A stretch of DNA of 64,000 nucleotides from Paraphysomonas bandaiensis (lineage: Eukaryota; Protista; Chrysophyceae): NCBI GenBank assembly GCA_965644295.1, contig CBFFRP010000394.1, forward strand, positions 162,182-226,181, written 5' to 3'. The notes beneath the pieces were generated by a model, which saw only the letters and a program-made list of their open reading frames with translations, did no database searches and was not told the DNA's origin. Numbering within the stretch: the stretch's first letter is position 1; each line of letters starts with the position of its first letter. Position numbers and translations under genes: made by a program. Below are positions 1-10,591 of the stretch, piece after piece.

Positions 1-642
1 CTTTGATGTTGTGTTGAACTTGTGCACGGTTACATAGGTGATGCTAAAACAAGAGGTGAAGGAGTTCGACGCCTTGCTCAAGCAGTAGTTGGGAGCGCTT
101 TTGGTAGTGCTGCGAAAATATCTGGCTCACTTGAGGAGATTGTTCGTCATGCCGCAGGACTAGATGACGGAACAGAAGGAATCACTGGATTTGACCAGCG
201 GCACCTCCACACAGTATCATTGAGTGGAGGGATACGTTATGGTGGTGACGTTTTTGTCAATTCTGTGGTGAACGGCTTCTCTGGTTTGGTGGAGGGTCCA
301 GTCAGTGGTTTTACCAGAGATGGTGTACCAGGCGCAATTTCAGGAACAATTAAGGGTATTGTAGGCCTTGTTGCTGCCCCAGTTACTGGGGCCCTTGGTG
401 CGGTTTCAGTCGTAACAGAATCTGTGAAACAGTCTACACAGTTTCGTAGTACTGGACGGCCGATTGGTCGGAGACGAAGAACTAGACGTAAAGCATATCG
501 TCGCCAATATATTACATCATCCCGCTACGCTCATGACGAATTTGAGGACTCTACGTCTTCTTTTCGAAAACTTGAAGCAAATGACTGGAGCGATGGATTG
601 CCGAGAAGATATACTTTTGTTTATAGCGACGAAAATGGATAG
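1..642 (+). CDS. VPS13: 3' end of VPS13-family lipid-transfer protein (partial, runs off the window)
   Basis: Gly-rich amphipathic C-terminal signature GLVEGPVSGFTRDGVPGAISGTIKGIVGLVAAPVTGALGAVS, typical of VPS13/ATG2 C-termini; stop TAG at 640-642. Confidence 0.75.
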
Positions 643-789
643 ATGTACATATTGTTTTACAATATAAATTATTGTTTATAAGTTGATATTATTATCCGCT
701 TTTTAAGCTTATACATGTCATTTTTAGCCGTTGCTTTCTTAAATCTGTTGAGTTCTGTTATATGAGAGCAATTGAAAGCTGTAGTTATA

Positions 790-1096
790 TATTGAACTAC
801 AACCAACTCCTACGTGCGTACTTGAAGTTTGGTAAAGTCAATCGCTAGTAGTTATCCTGTATTCTATGTAGCAATGAAATACAGAATATACATGACTACA
901 GTATAGGAGTAGCTATTACAAGTATACAAAGAAACTGAAAATATAGTAGCTGTTAAAGATATGATTTGTAGAACAGAATGTTGATGTTGGTGAATGACGT
1001 GGTTCCTAACTCACAGGGCTACAACATCATAAACTTACTATATCTCCTATAATATCAATCAGTCAATATTGCACTAACTAAAAGCGTAAATTAATA
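790..1096 (+). repeat. 5' LTR (TATT...AATA termini)
   Basis: Direct repeat of 5662-5968, bounded by the TSD and PBS. Confidence 0.97.
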
Positions 1097-4000
1097 TGGC
1101 AGCGGATGGAAATTTCACGAATGTCGCCTCAGGCTCAAAGGTACCTCCCTTCGAGGAACTGAACTTCAAGAAATTCAAGAAGTTCTTCACCTCATTCCTC
1201 ATGAGACACAATCGAGCTCATCTTGTCCTCTCAAAGGATAAACCAAGGCACATTCATGATCTAGACTCTACAGTCCCAGCGGGAGCTCATATGACTGATG
1301 CACAGAAGAAGCGACTACGCAAAGCGAAGAAACTCTGGAACACCCGGAACGAGACCGCGTACTCCTTCCTGATGGAAGTGTGCAATGCTCACCCAAAAGC
1401 AGGCACAACAGCGGCTCTCTACGAAGGAAGTACAGCAAAAGGGTTACTACAGGCACTGGAAGAGAGATTTCTCAATGTTGAAAAGAATACAGTACAGGCA
1501 GAGGTCACAAAGTTCAATTCAATGAAGATTACCTCAAGTCAGTCAGGAGCAGAGTTCGTCGACAGCGTTGAAGCCCAGGCCAAGATTCTCGAGAATCTAG
1601 GTCGTGAAGTCACGGAAGACGACAAGCTCACTCGACTAAAGGAAGGTCTCACAGACAAGAGATATTCCCAACTAGCACACAGCCTGTATACAGCAAACGA
1701 TGTGACATACGCAAGAGCAAGCAGCCTAATCAAAGGGTATGAAAACACATCATTCGGCAAGCATGCGTTGCAAAATTCAGGGGAAGACAGTGTCAATCAA
1801 GCAGTGGATGACAGTAAATGGAAAGAGCACAAGAGAAAGGGCAGATGCAATAAGTGCAAGAAACTTGGCCACTTTGCTAGGGAGTGCAAGACTCCAGAGC
1901 ATGTCATAAAGAGGATGAAGGGGACAAGATCACAGAGAAAAGATAGAGATCACAGAAACAGGGGTGATAACAAAACAAAGCTACCTGTGTGTGAGATATG
2001 TGACATCCCAGGCCATCAGACTAAAGACTGCTTCCACTTGAAGACTGCTAAAGCTGCAGTGGTCAGTTCTAAACGGGGGCGAGACTCTAGAAGGGAAACG
2101 GCACCCTACAAGAACAAGAAGAAACCGCGAGTGTCTGTACATGATTCAGAAGATGAAGCGGGATACGAATCGATGATATGTGTGGAAGAAGAGGTGAATC
2201 TAGCACAGAGCATGTCAGATGTTATTTATTTAGACAGCGGGTGCAACAAGATGATCCTTACCTCCAAAAACCACATGACCAACCTTCAGCGCGCTGATAG
2301 GCAGATGTCCACAGCGAACAAAGGTAAACTGTCAATACACAGTGTTGGCGATGTAGGAAGCTTTAAAAAGGTGTACTACGCACCTGAAGCAAGTAAGAAC
2401 CTCGTAGATATGAAGAGCATCACAGATAGGGGTTGTGTTGTGACGTTCGATAATGATGAAGTCGTCATTCGAAATAAGACTACGAACAAGACACTCATTA
2501 GACAGAGAAGTGTTAATGGATTATATCCAGTTCGACTCGAAGACTTACTTCAGCTTGGAGAAGAATCCTCAGCAGCACTTGAGGAGCAGGGGTTTGATGA
2601 CCAGCGAATTCTATGGCACAAAAGACTTGGCCATGTCAACTATGATAAACTGACTGAGTCCGACCGCCGAGGCCTAGTTGATGGAATAAATCTGGACAAG
2701 AAATATTTCAGAAAAAAACACAAAAAAACGATATGCAAATGTAATACCTGCATGCGATCGAAACTCACGAGAAAGAACTTCAGGACTCCACGCCAGTTGA
2801 TGAACTTAGACAACAACCCAAAGGAGAGAGGGGTGCTCAGTGCAGATACGATGGAAGTCCTAAACACGCCATCGATGGAAGGCTACAAACATGTGTTACT
2901 ATTCAAGCACAGTGATGCAAAACATGTATGGGCTTATGGGTTGAAAAACAAGACTGGGAGTGAAGTGTTAAAGTGTATGAAGGACATGGTAGAGACCCAA
3001 CTTGTCAAAGAAGGATTGCAACTACGACGATATCATGCAGATGGCGCAGGAGAACTAGTAGGGCAACATGTCAGGCAGTACTTACGTGAAACCACCAGCA
3101 CAAGGACTGTACAGGTTACTTGGACTCCACGTGACACACCCGAAATGAATTCGCTATCGGAACGCACTAATCGTACAGTGAAGGAGATGGCCCTTGCTAT
3201 ATTGCTCGATAGTGGCATGCCATCAGTATTTTGGTTCAAAGCAGTCTTGCATGCTGTATATCTGATCAACAGGTTACCTACGAAGACAACGAAAGGATAC
3301 ATCTCACCTTTTGAGTATATTACTGGAACCGCACCAGATGTGAGTGACTTGAAGATCTGGGGCTGCAAGGCATGGGCTATTGTGCCGAAGGAGCAGCGCC
3401 GCAAAGAGTGGAAAGAAAAGGGAAAACCTGGATACTATATGGGACAATGTCAACAACCTGTTGGACACCAAATATATATTCCAGACCTGAATGCTATTAT
3501 TGTTGCAGTCAATGCACAGTTTGATGAGTCAATTCCAGAGCGTTCACAGGAGTATTTCGACGAAATAGATAATCTACAAATCGACACCTCAGAAACAGCA
3601 GAGAGTGTAAATGACTATCAGTACCTGGTGGGCCTCAGACATCTTGATGGACACCTGTGTTATGTTACCACCAGAGTGATAGAGAGAAGAGGAGTCATTG
3701 TTGCATATAGGAGATTAGATATGAAAGGAAATACTACCGAGGAGCAAACTCCAATTCATATCAAAGATGTAGTAAAGATGACTCACTCTACAAAGTGTCA
3801 GACCGACAAGTTTAATAGTTTGCGAAATGAGTTGGATCAGACTTGTAATGACAGTGACAATGAACAGAGGACTCCTGACCGCTCAAATCGGGGCGCATCT
3901 TCAACAGGTGGGGCAGATCGAAATCCCAGAACTGAAAAACGACCTCGAAAAAAACGGCACATTGTTAACGTTGGTGTCCTCGGCGATGTCTCATTGTTTC

Positions 4001-5613
4001 TTGATTCCTCCAACAGCACAATTAAAGAGCCACAGACGCTGGCAGAAGCAAAGAAGACTCCACAGAGAACATACTGGATTGAAGCTACCAGGAAGGAGGT
4101 GCACAAGCTTGAACGAAGGACATGCTGGAAGATTGTCCGAAGGCCGAAACACCGAAAAATCATAAAATCTAAATTGGTCTTTAAAGTAAAGCGCGACCAT
4201 CTTGGAAAAATTAAGAAGTTCAAAGTTCGACTTGTGGCGAAAGGGTTTACTCAAGAACAAGGAGTCGACTATAATGAGACATTCTCCCCAGTAGCTAAAG
4301 GTGTATCATTTAGGCTAGCACTGGCACTGGCTCTGCGATACAATCTGCAACTCCGTCAACTCGATGTAGAAACGGCATTTCCGTATGCAGATCTGGACGA
4401 AGACGTGTTTATGTCTCCACCTGCAGGAATAGATATTCCACAAGGCTGTTGTTTGAAGATTCTGAAGAGTTTGTATGGCCTAAAACAAGCGCCTCGAAAT
4501 TGGCATTCAATGCTGAAGGACAGTATAAAGGCGATGGGGTATAAACAATGTGTTCTTGACCCATGTTTATTTGTACTCAAGGGTACTGATGATAACCTAC
4601 ATATGATACTTGTGTATGTAGATGATATCATTGTGCTCAGCTCTGACAGCCGTCATATTGAAGAAGTCATCAGCGCCTTTAAGACTCAATATGCCATGCA
4701 AGATATGGGGGACCTTAAGCATTATTTAGGTCTTACCATTGAGCGTCATAATGGCCAGATTAAGTTACATCAGTCTGCATATGCTAAAGATGTTGTGGCC
4801 AGATTCAATCACTTGTTGTCAGAAAAGAAGAGACGGTGCAAGGCAACCACACCTCTACCACCTGGCCTAAAGTTGTCCAAGGATGCAAAAGAGGAAGAAA
4901 CTCGAAAACAGAGAGAATACGTTGATGCATTTCCCTATCAATCTGTTATTGGTGCCTTAATGTATTTGGCAGTGCATACTAGACCAGACATGGCATATAC
5001 AGTAAATCTTCTCTCCCGGTTCACCACAAGACCCACGTACGCTGCATGTCAAGCTGCTCTGCATACTTTATTGTATTTAGAAAATACAGTTGATCAAGGT
5101 ATCATATTTCCTAATTTCACAGATGAAGACCCTCTATGTGTGTACTCTGATGCAGATTGGGCCGGAGATCTGGATACATGCAGATCCACTACAGGGTATA
5201 TCGTATATCTGTGGGGTGCTCCAATTGCATGGCAGTCCAGACTGCAGCCAACAGTGGCTACGTCGACTATGGAAGCTGAATATATGGCTGCATATGCTGC
5301 AATTCAGGAGATTGTATGGATACGAGGGGTGATGACAGAGCTCGGAATTCGTGGATTTGAGCTCAGTAAGAATGCGTCTCCAACAATCTTGAATATGGAC
5401 AGCAAGAGTGCGATTGATCTAGCTCAGAACCCGGTAAATCATAAACGTTCCAAGCATATTCGGATCAAGTATCATTGGATTCGAGAGCAAGTGGGAGGCT
5501 GTATCGTCAGGCTGAATCATGTGCCAACGGCAGAGATGACAGCAGACGTGATGACTAAAGCCTTGTCCGAGAAGCTGCACTATCAGCATGTGCACACTAT
5601 GGTATCGCACTAA
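1096..5613 (+). CDS. Copia Gag-Pol polyprotein (gag, 2 CCHC knuckles, protease, integrase, RT, RNase H)
   Basis: CNKCKKLGHFAREC and CEICDIPGHQTKDC knuckles; YLDSGC protease; WHKRLGH...CNTC plus D/D/E (SADT, HADGAGE, SER) integrase; YGLKQAPRNW and YVDD RT; YSDADWAGD RNase H; no stops over 1505 aa. Confidence 0.98.
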   Translation: MAADGNFTNVASGSKVPPFEELNFKKFKKFFTSFLMRHNRAHLVLSKDKPRHIHDLDSTVPAGAHMTDAQKKRLRKAKKLWNTRNETAYSFLMEVCNAHPKAGTTAALYEGSTAKGLLQALEERFLNVEKNTVQAEVTKFNSMKITSSQSGAEFVDSVEAQAKILENLGREVTEDDKLTRLKEGLTDKRYSQLAHSLYTANDVTYARASSLIKGYENTSFGKHALQNSGEDSVNQAVDDSKWKEHKRKGRCNKCKKLGHFARECKTPEHVIKRMKGTRSQRKDRDHRNRGDNKTKLPVCEICDIPGHQTKDCFHLKTAKAAVVSSKRGRDSRRETAPYKNKKKPRVSVHDSEDEAGYESMICVEEEVNLAQSMSDVIYLDSGCNKMILTSKNHMTNLQRADRQMSTANKGKLSIHSVGDVGSFKKVYYAPEASKNLVDMKSITDRGCVVTFDNDEVVIRNKTTNKTLIRQRSVNGLYPVRLEDLLQLGEESSAALEEQGFDDQRILWHKRLGHVNYDKLTESDRRGLVDGINLDKKYFRKKHKKTICKCNTCMRSKLTRKNFRTPRQLMNLDNNPKERGVLSADTMEVLNTPSMEGYKHVLLFKHSDAKHVWAYGLKNKTGSEVLKCMKDMVETQLVKEGLQLRRYHADGAGELVGQHVRQYLRETTSTRTVQVTWTPRDTPEMNSLSERTNRTVKEMALAILLDSGMPSVFWFKAVLHAVYLINRLPTKTTKGYISPFEYITGTAPDVSDLKIWGCKAWAIVPKEQRRKEWKEKGKPGYYMGQCQQPVGHQIYIPDLNAIIVAVNAQFDESIPERSQEYFDEIDNLQIDTSETAESVNDYQYLVGLRHLDGHLCYVTTRVIERRGVIVAYRRLDMKGNTTEEQTPIHIKDVVKMTHSTKCQTDKFNSLRNELDQTCNDSDNEQRTPDRSNRGASSTGGADRNPRTEKRPRKKRHIVNVGVLGDVSLFLDSSNSTIKEPQTLAEAKKTPQRTYWIEATRKEVHKLERRTCWKIVRRPKHRKIIKSKLVFKVKRDHLGKIKKFKVRLVAKGFTQEQGVDYNETFSPVAKGVSFRLALALALRYNLQLRQLDVETAFPYADLDEDVFMSPPAGIDIPQGCCLKILKSLYGLKQAPRNWHSMLKDSIKAMGYKQCVLDPCLFVLKGTDDNLHMILVYVDDIIVLSSDSRHIEEVISAFKTQYAMQDMGDLKHYLGLTIERHNGQIKLHQSAYAKDVVARFNHLLSEKKRRCKATTPLPPGLKLSKDAKEEETRKQREYVDAFPYQSVIGALMYLAVHTRPDMAYTVNLLSRFTTRPTYAACQAALHTLLYLENTVDQGIIFPNFTDEDPLCVYSDADWAGDLDTCRSTTGYIVYLWGAPIAWQSRLQPTVATSTMEAEYMAAYAAIQEIVWIRGVMTELGIRGFELSKNASPTILNMDSKSAIDLAQNPVNHKRSKHIRIKYHWIREQVGGCIVRLNHVPTAEMTADVMTKALSEKLHYQHVHTMVSH
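1097..1109 (+). promoter_or_regulatory. Primer binding site complementary to tRNA-iMet 3' end
   Basis: TGGCAGCGGATGG versus TGGTAGCGGATGG expected from the tRNA at 29030-29101 plus CCA (12/13 match). Confidence 0.92.
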
Positions 5614-5661
5614 GTAGACTTGCTCATCACAGTATATTCTGATATGTTCATTGAGTGGGAG

Positions 5662-5968
5662 TATTGAACTACAACCAACTCCTACGTGCGTACTTGAAGT
5701 TTGGTAAAGTCAATCGCTAGTAGTTATCCTGTATTCTATGTAGCAATGAAATACAGAATATACATGACTACAGTATAGGAGTAGCTATTACAAGTATACA
5801 AAGAAACTGAAAATATAGTAGCTGTTAAAGATATGATTTGTAGAACAGAATGTTGATGTTGGTGAATGACGTGGTTCCTAACTCACAGGGCTACAACATC
5901 ATAAACTTACTATATCTCCTATAATATCAATCAGTCAATATTGCACTAACTAAAAGCGTAAATTAATA
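5662..5968 (+). repeat. 3' LTR
   Basis: Copy of 790-1096, preceded by the PPT and followed by TSD TTATA. Confidence 0.97.
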
Positions 5969-6204
5969 TTATAAGGCATTTAAATTACAGTAGTATGCAG
6001 TTGTAGTCTCGTTAATCGTACCGTGAGATGAATGACGGTAAGTATAGTATAGTGGTAAAACGGAATATAGTGACGATGCAAGTTGTAGTGACGAAGTAAG
6101 ATCGAACGAGAAATGAGTAATAGTAGGTAGTAGAGACAACATGAAATTGGTGAATGATAAGAGATATTGATTATAATTTATAATTCTCAGCATTGAGTAT
6201 AAGT

Positions 6205-6722
6205 TTACCTGTCGCACCTGTAGCGTTAAATGGTAGGATAATGGAATTTGTGCTGATTAGTTATGGGTAGAGGTCTAACTAGTATATCTAGCATTCAACT
6301 AGCCACTATATTGGTACAGGTTTTTAACGCCTATTGCTAAATAAAAAGACTTTCAATAAATATAAGTTTAGCTTCTGTTGTTAAGTTAATACTTTTCATA
6401 TAATGTCAAACTTTGATAAAATCTAGTTCTCTGTTGTATAGTGAAGTAGTATCAATCGTAAGTATTCATTTATACTCTGATGTGGAAGTATGCTTTTATA
6501 GCACATCATAGTATTATATTCCTTTACATACGGAAGTGGTCGCACCTTGATGCTTGCGGCGACGCACAAGCAGCTTCTGTAGCGCTAAATAGTAGGATAA
6601 TAGAATTTGTGCGGTCTAAATAGTACGTCTATCATTCAACTAGCAACTACATTGGTGCAGGTTTTTAACGCCTATTGCTAAATATTAAGACTTTTAATAT
6701 ATTCCTTTACATTCTTGGGAAG
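6205..6722 (+). repeat. Two diverged tandem fragments of a dispersed non-coding repeat family
   Basis: ~6205-6362 and ~6535-6722 share CTGTAGCG.TAAAT.GTAGGATAAT...GGTTTTTAACGCCTATTGCTAAAT; the second carries TTGCGGCGACGCACAA as at ~14327. Confidence 0.8.
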
Positions 6723-6852
6723 TAAGTTGACTGTTAAATGACTTATTGTATAAACTAGCTTATGAATAGAATCGTTGAGGTGACTTGTTGATTTCTATTA
6801 TACTGATCACACAAGGACTTCCACATAATTCATAGTTAACTTAGTCGCAATG

Positions 6853-8096
6853 TCACGATTTAACCTTATCAACCATACTTGTGCTATTTAATTCTATCTG
6901 CTTCCGGGCTTCATTGAGATATTCAAAGCCAATAGGGTTGTTTCTATCCTGCACAGTGCAAAGGGCAAAATAATGCGCGGCTTGTTTCATGTCCTTCTTT
7001 ACTTCATTGCCCTCAAAATATATCATTCCCAAGTTGAAGGTGGAAGGAAACATCCCTTTACTCGAAGCCATTGAAAGCCATTTTATAGCCTCGTTGACGT
7101 CTTTTGGAACTATATCACCACTCAAATAATAGCAGCCAAGGTTGTGTGCGGCACGAACATGTCCCGCCTCGGCAGATTCTTTCTAAATCATGAATACTAC
7201 ATCACATCCATCTATATACTTGAAAACACTGGCACCTGCAATTGGATCCCTCTCTCCACATCACGCACTTCGCATCCCCGCCCTTCACATAGCCATACCC
7301 CCACCATATATTTAGCGGTCTGGTCTCCTGCGGCTGCGGCCATCTCGTAGCACGTGAGGGCATTGCTCTCGCTCTTGGTCACACCTGTTCCAGATGCGTA
7401 CATATTTCCCATGTTGTATAATGCAGGGGGCATACCATGACGTGCTGCACTCTGCAGAGAATATTGAGTGGAGAAGAGGTGGCAACAACACAGCATACCT
7501 CAAAGTGTCCGAATGCGGCAACATCATCTCGATTAGTTCCCTCTCCAGTTGATAGCATTATTCCACAGGCATACTGCAGGACAACTATGAGCACAACCCA
7601 ATAGAGTATAGCACAATACATGAGCATGAGGGTGATCATGGTTGGCTGCAAGGCCACTGAGCAGCCGATAGGCTTCGTCGGGGTCCTTGTCAACTCCTTT
7701 GCCTTCTCTCAGACATGCTGCCAGGCTGTAAGAGGCCTCAGCCACACCACGATCACTGGCTACTTGCCAGGCTTTTGCTGCAAGAACCTCGTCTTGTTTG
7801 AGTTGGGGAGACCCCAAATAGCGTATTTTAGCAAGCGTCATTAGCTGCTCACTGGTCAGTTCTTGCAAATGTTCTTCATTCCATGCTTCCATTTGAGCAA
7901 TTTCATGCATTTCATATGTATTTCTTGCTCCAATAGAGAGTTCTTTTATTGCTTCACGGAGATCTGCATATGCTTGAGCTTTACTGGCAGTTGAGTTGAT
8001 TTTATTTAACGGTTTAGAGGGGTGATAGAACCGTACACGGGCAAATCGCCCGATTAATGAAATCGATACGGCTACAGTTCGAAGTGAAGGAAGCAT
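6853..8096 (-). CDS. Sel1-repeat (SLR/TPR-like) protein, multi-exon, possible mitochondrial presequence
   Basis: Repeated motifs A.Y.L..C..EG.GV.KD...A; ALYNMGNMYASGTGV; STFNLGMIYFEGNEVKKDMKQA; Arg/Ser-rich, acid-free N-terminus. Confidence 0.85.
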
Positions 8097-8535
8097 GTAA
8101 TATTATCCAATGAGCAGAGCGAAGTATGAAGTGGAAGTGTAGAATGGAAGTGCTAATTGGATTGTTAGTCTTTAGAGGGACTTGTACAGACACTGTGTGA
8201 GTATTCATGTGTATACAGAGTACGTACCTATTGGTGTGCACATTGCTACATACATACACCATCCACATTCCTACTGTATACACAGCTCTATACACTCTAC
8301 ATACTCGTTTTTTTGTATACTGATTTTTTGGAGTGGGAAGAATACTGCTGTATGCTAATAGCTACTTGCTGTGCTTGTATATATGTATGTACTGTACAAT
8401 GTACATATATATATACTGTATATGCATATATGCATGCTATACGCAGTGATATAGTAGATAGATATCCCATACTTGATATATGCAATAGTGCTTCCATCAA
8501 CATCATTCTTATATCCCTCTATAATCTTCTTTTAT

Positions 8536-9801
8536 ATGAATTCTTTATCAACTCGTTTAAAGAAATTTGATATCCATATAAAGACAGTGGATGGTGTGAG
8601 TCAACAGACTGTGATTGGTGCCATATTAACCATCCTCTGTATACTCCTTACTGTTACACTGATTATATATGAAACTAATGTATTTCTATCATCTGAAAGT
8701 ATTCATCATATGGTAGTTGATCAAGGTCATGTACATGATACGGTTCGTCTTGATGTGGATGTGGAGTTTCATGCTATATCTTGTAATGGTATGAGAGGCT
8801 CATATAATATCATCAAACATATGTATTAATGTATATTCAGATATGTCCTTCACTCAAGAGGTCGTACGTGGTACTGTCCACCACAATGGTGAACCAAACA
8901 TCACTTTCACCCCTCTCTCTCAGGGGGGATGTCATGTGGCTGGTTATATAGTTACGGACAGAGTGGGTGGAAACTTTAAGTTTCACGTTCACTCTGCTGG
9001 GATGGAGAACCATGATTTGAGGTTTCTCCCCGTGCCAAGACAGCCCCGTGAAAGTGATCCAGACATGACGTATGTAGCTGAACCTTTGTATGACCTCGTC
9101 GTTGATATGTGGTACAGACACACTATAAATAGGATGTCCTTCCTACCTGTGAAAGAACACGGCTTCGATTCTGCGCTCTATGACCACCCCGTCTTTAAAC
9201 TTGCTTCCAAATCGCCGCTGAGTAACACGAAAGCGAAATTGGAGAAAGGTAAGTGTGCCTGTGCATTATGTTGTGAATCTCAACGAACGGTAGGAATTGG
9301 TATGTATCATTACGGACTACAAATTGTGCCTACCCACAAGAAAAAGGGGGGAAAAGTTTCAGTATCAAGGCTAGACAAGATATCTGTTACAGAACGAGCG
9401 GTGAAGGTATCGCGCTGCAGCATATTTTTTTGTATCGTGACTATTGTGTTTACAGATATCTGACCTCAATCGCGGAATATCCCTCGGAGGTAGCATGGTG
9501 AAAGATTTCGTTGGGGTTATAGTAACCTATGATTTCTATCCGGTTGGTGCAGTTGCTTCTCTTTTTTTTGACTAGACTGACCGTATTTTGCGGGGTGTAG
9601 GTCACTATTCTTATTGATGAAAAGAAGGAAGGTGTTCTTGAGTTCATTACCAGTTTGTGTGCTATCATTGGTGGTGTTATCACAATGATGAGGTATGAAT
9701 AAACTCTTCATACGTGTGTTATCCTTGATGTCATATTGTGCAGTTTGCTGAATCGATGTCTCTACTCCTCTGTGAAAGTAATGATTGGCAAGAAAGATTA
9801 A
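8536..9801 (+). CDS. ER-Golgi intermediate compartment protein (Erv41/Erv46/ERGIC family), multi-exon
   Basis: LKKFDIHIK...QQTVIGAILT plus TM; GCHVAGYIVTDRVGGNF; HTINRMSF; YHYGLQIVPT; FITSLCAIIGGV; C-terminal GKKD*. Confidence 0.88.
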
Positions 9802-10591
9802 TTGTTGTAACACAGTTACCTGTTTTATATAGCCTGTAGTTTTGGTATTGTAGATAGGGGATAATAACAATTTCTAGGCTTCCATGAATTATCACTCTGT
9901 CAAGTTTTGTAACTACGATAAATGACAAGGGATAATATTATTAGCTTATGTGTAGACAAGCTGGCCTAGTTAGTAGTAGTACATGCAGTATATATCTCAC
10001 CGCGCGTGATGCAATATATCGCACTCGTTCGGAACAGAATAGAAAACAGCATTCCATACGTCAATGATATGTCTTATCTATTGTATCTCGTAGTCATGAT
10101 GGTACAGATATTACATGGTCAGCAACAAATACCGCGGTTAATACAAACTTTCTGAATACCATAAGGATATTTCTTTTTACAAGACCCGGGATTTCATAGC
10201 GATAAATATTAAATATGACTACTGTCTGAATCCTTACTAATCCAAAATTCACGCATGCAAGATACTTCCCACCGATATATTGTCTATTGTACTATGTTTT
10301 CAATCTATTTGATAAACAGTGACTGTAGAAGCATCAAAATATTTCAAACGATTTCCAAGCTTGACATATACCTTTGATAAGAGCTGCAAGCAATTTTCCT
10401 TGAAATTTTCACTATATTTATCACGTATTATACTTATTTGTAATATTTTTCTCGATCGATGATCGAAATTATTTGGAGAAAGAAATGATGCAAAACAAAG
10501 CACAAACGACGTCGTCAAAATTTCAGGTGGCTAGCTTTAATATGCCGTAATCTAACCCAAACCTACTTCATTAATCTAACATATCAAAACT

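Larger units (their letters stand above)
790..5968 (+). mobile_element. Intact Ty1/copia LTR retrotransposon
   Basis: Two 307-bp LTRs (790-1096, 5662-5968), identical by eye; TSD TTATA (785-789, 5969-5973); PBS at 1097; polypurine tract GAGTGGGAG at 5653-5661; single gag-pol ORF in copia order. Confidence 0.98.

Noticed and set aside
8100-8530. Tyr/Ile/Cys-rich small ORFs in intergenic regions (also ~12.2-12.5, 51.6-51.9, 60.3-60.6 kb)
   Set aside because: Products of TA/CA low-complexity promoter sequence.
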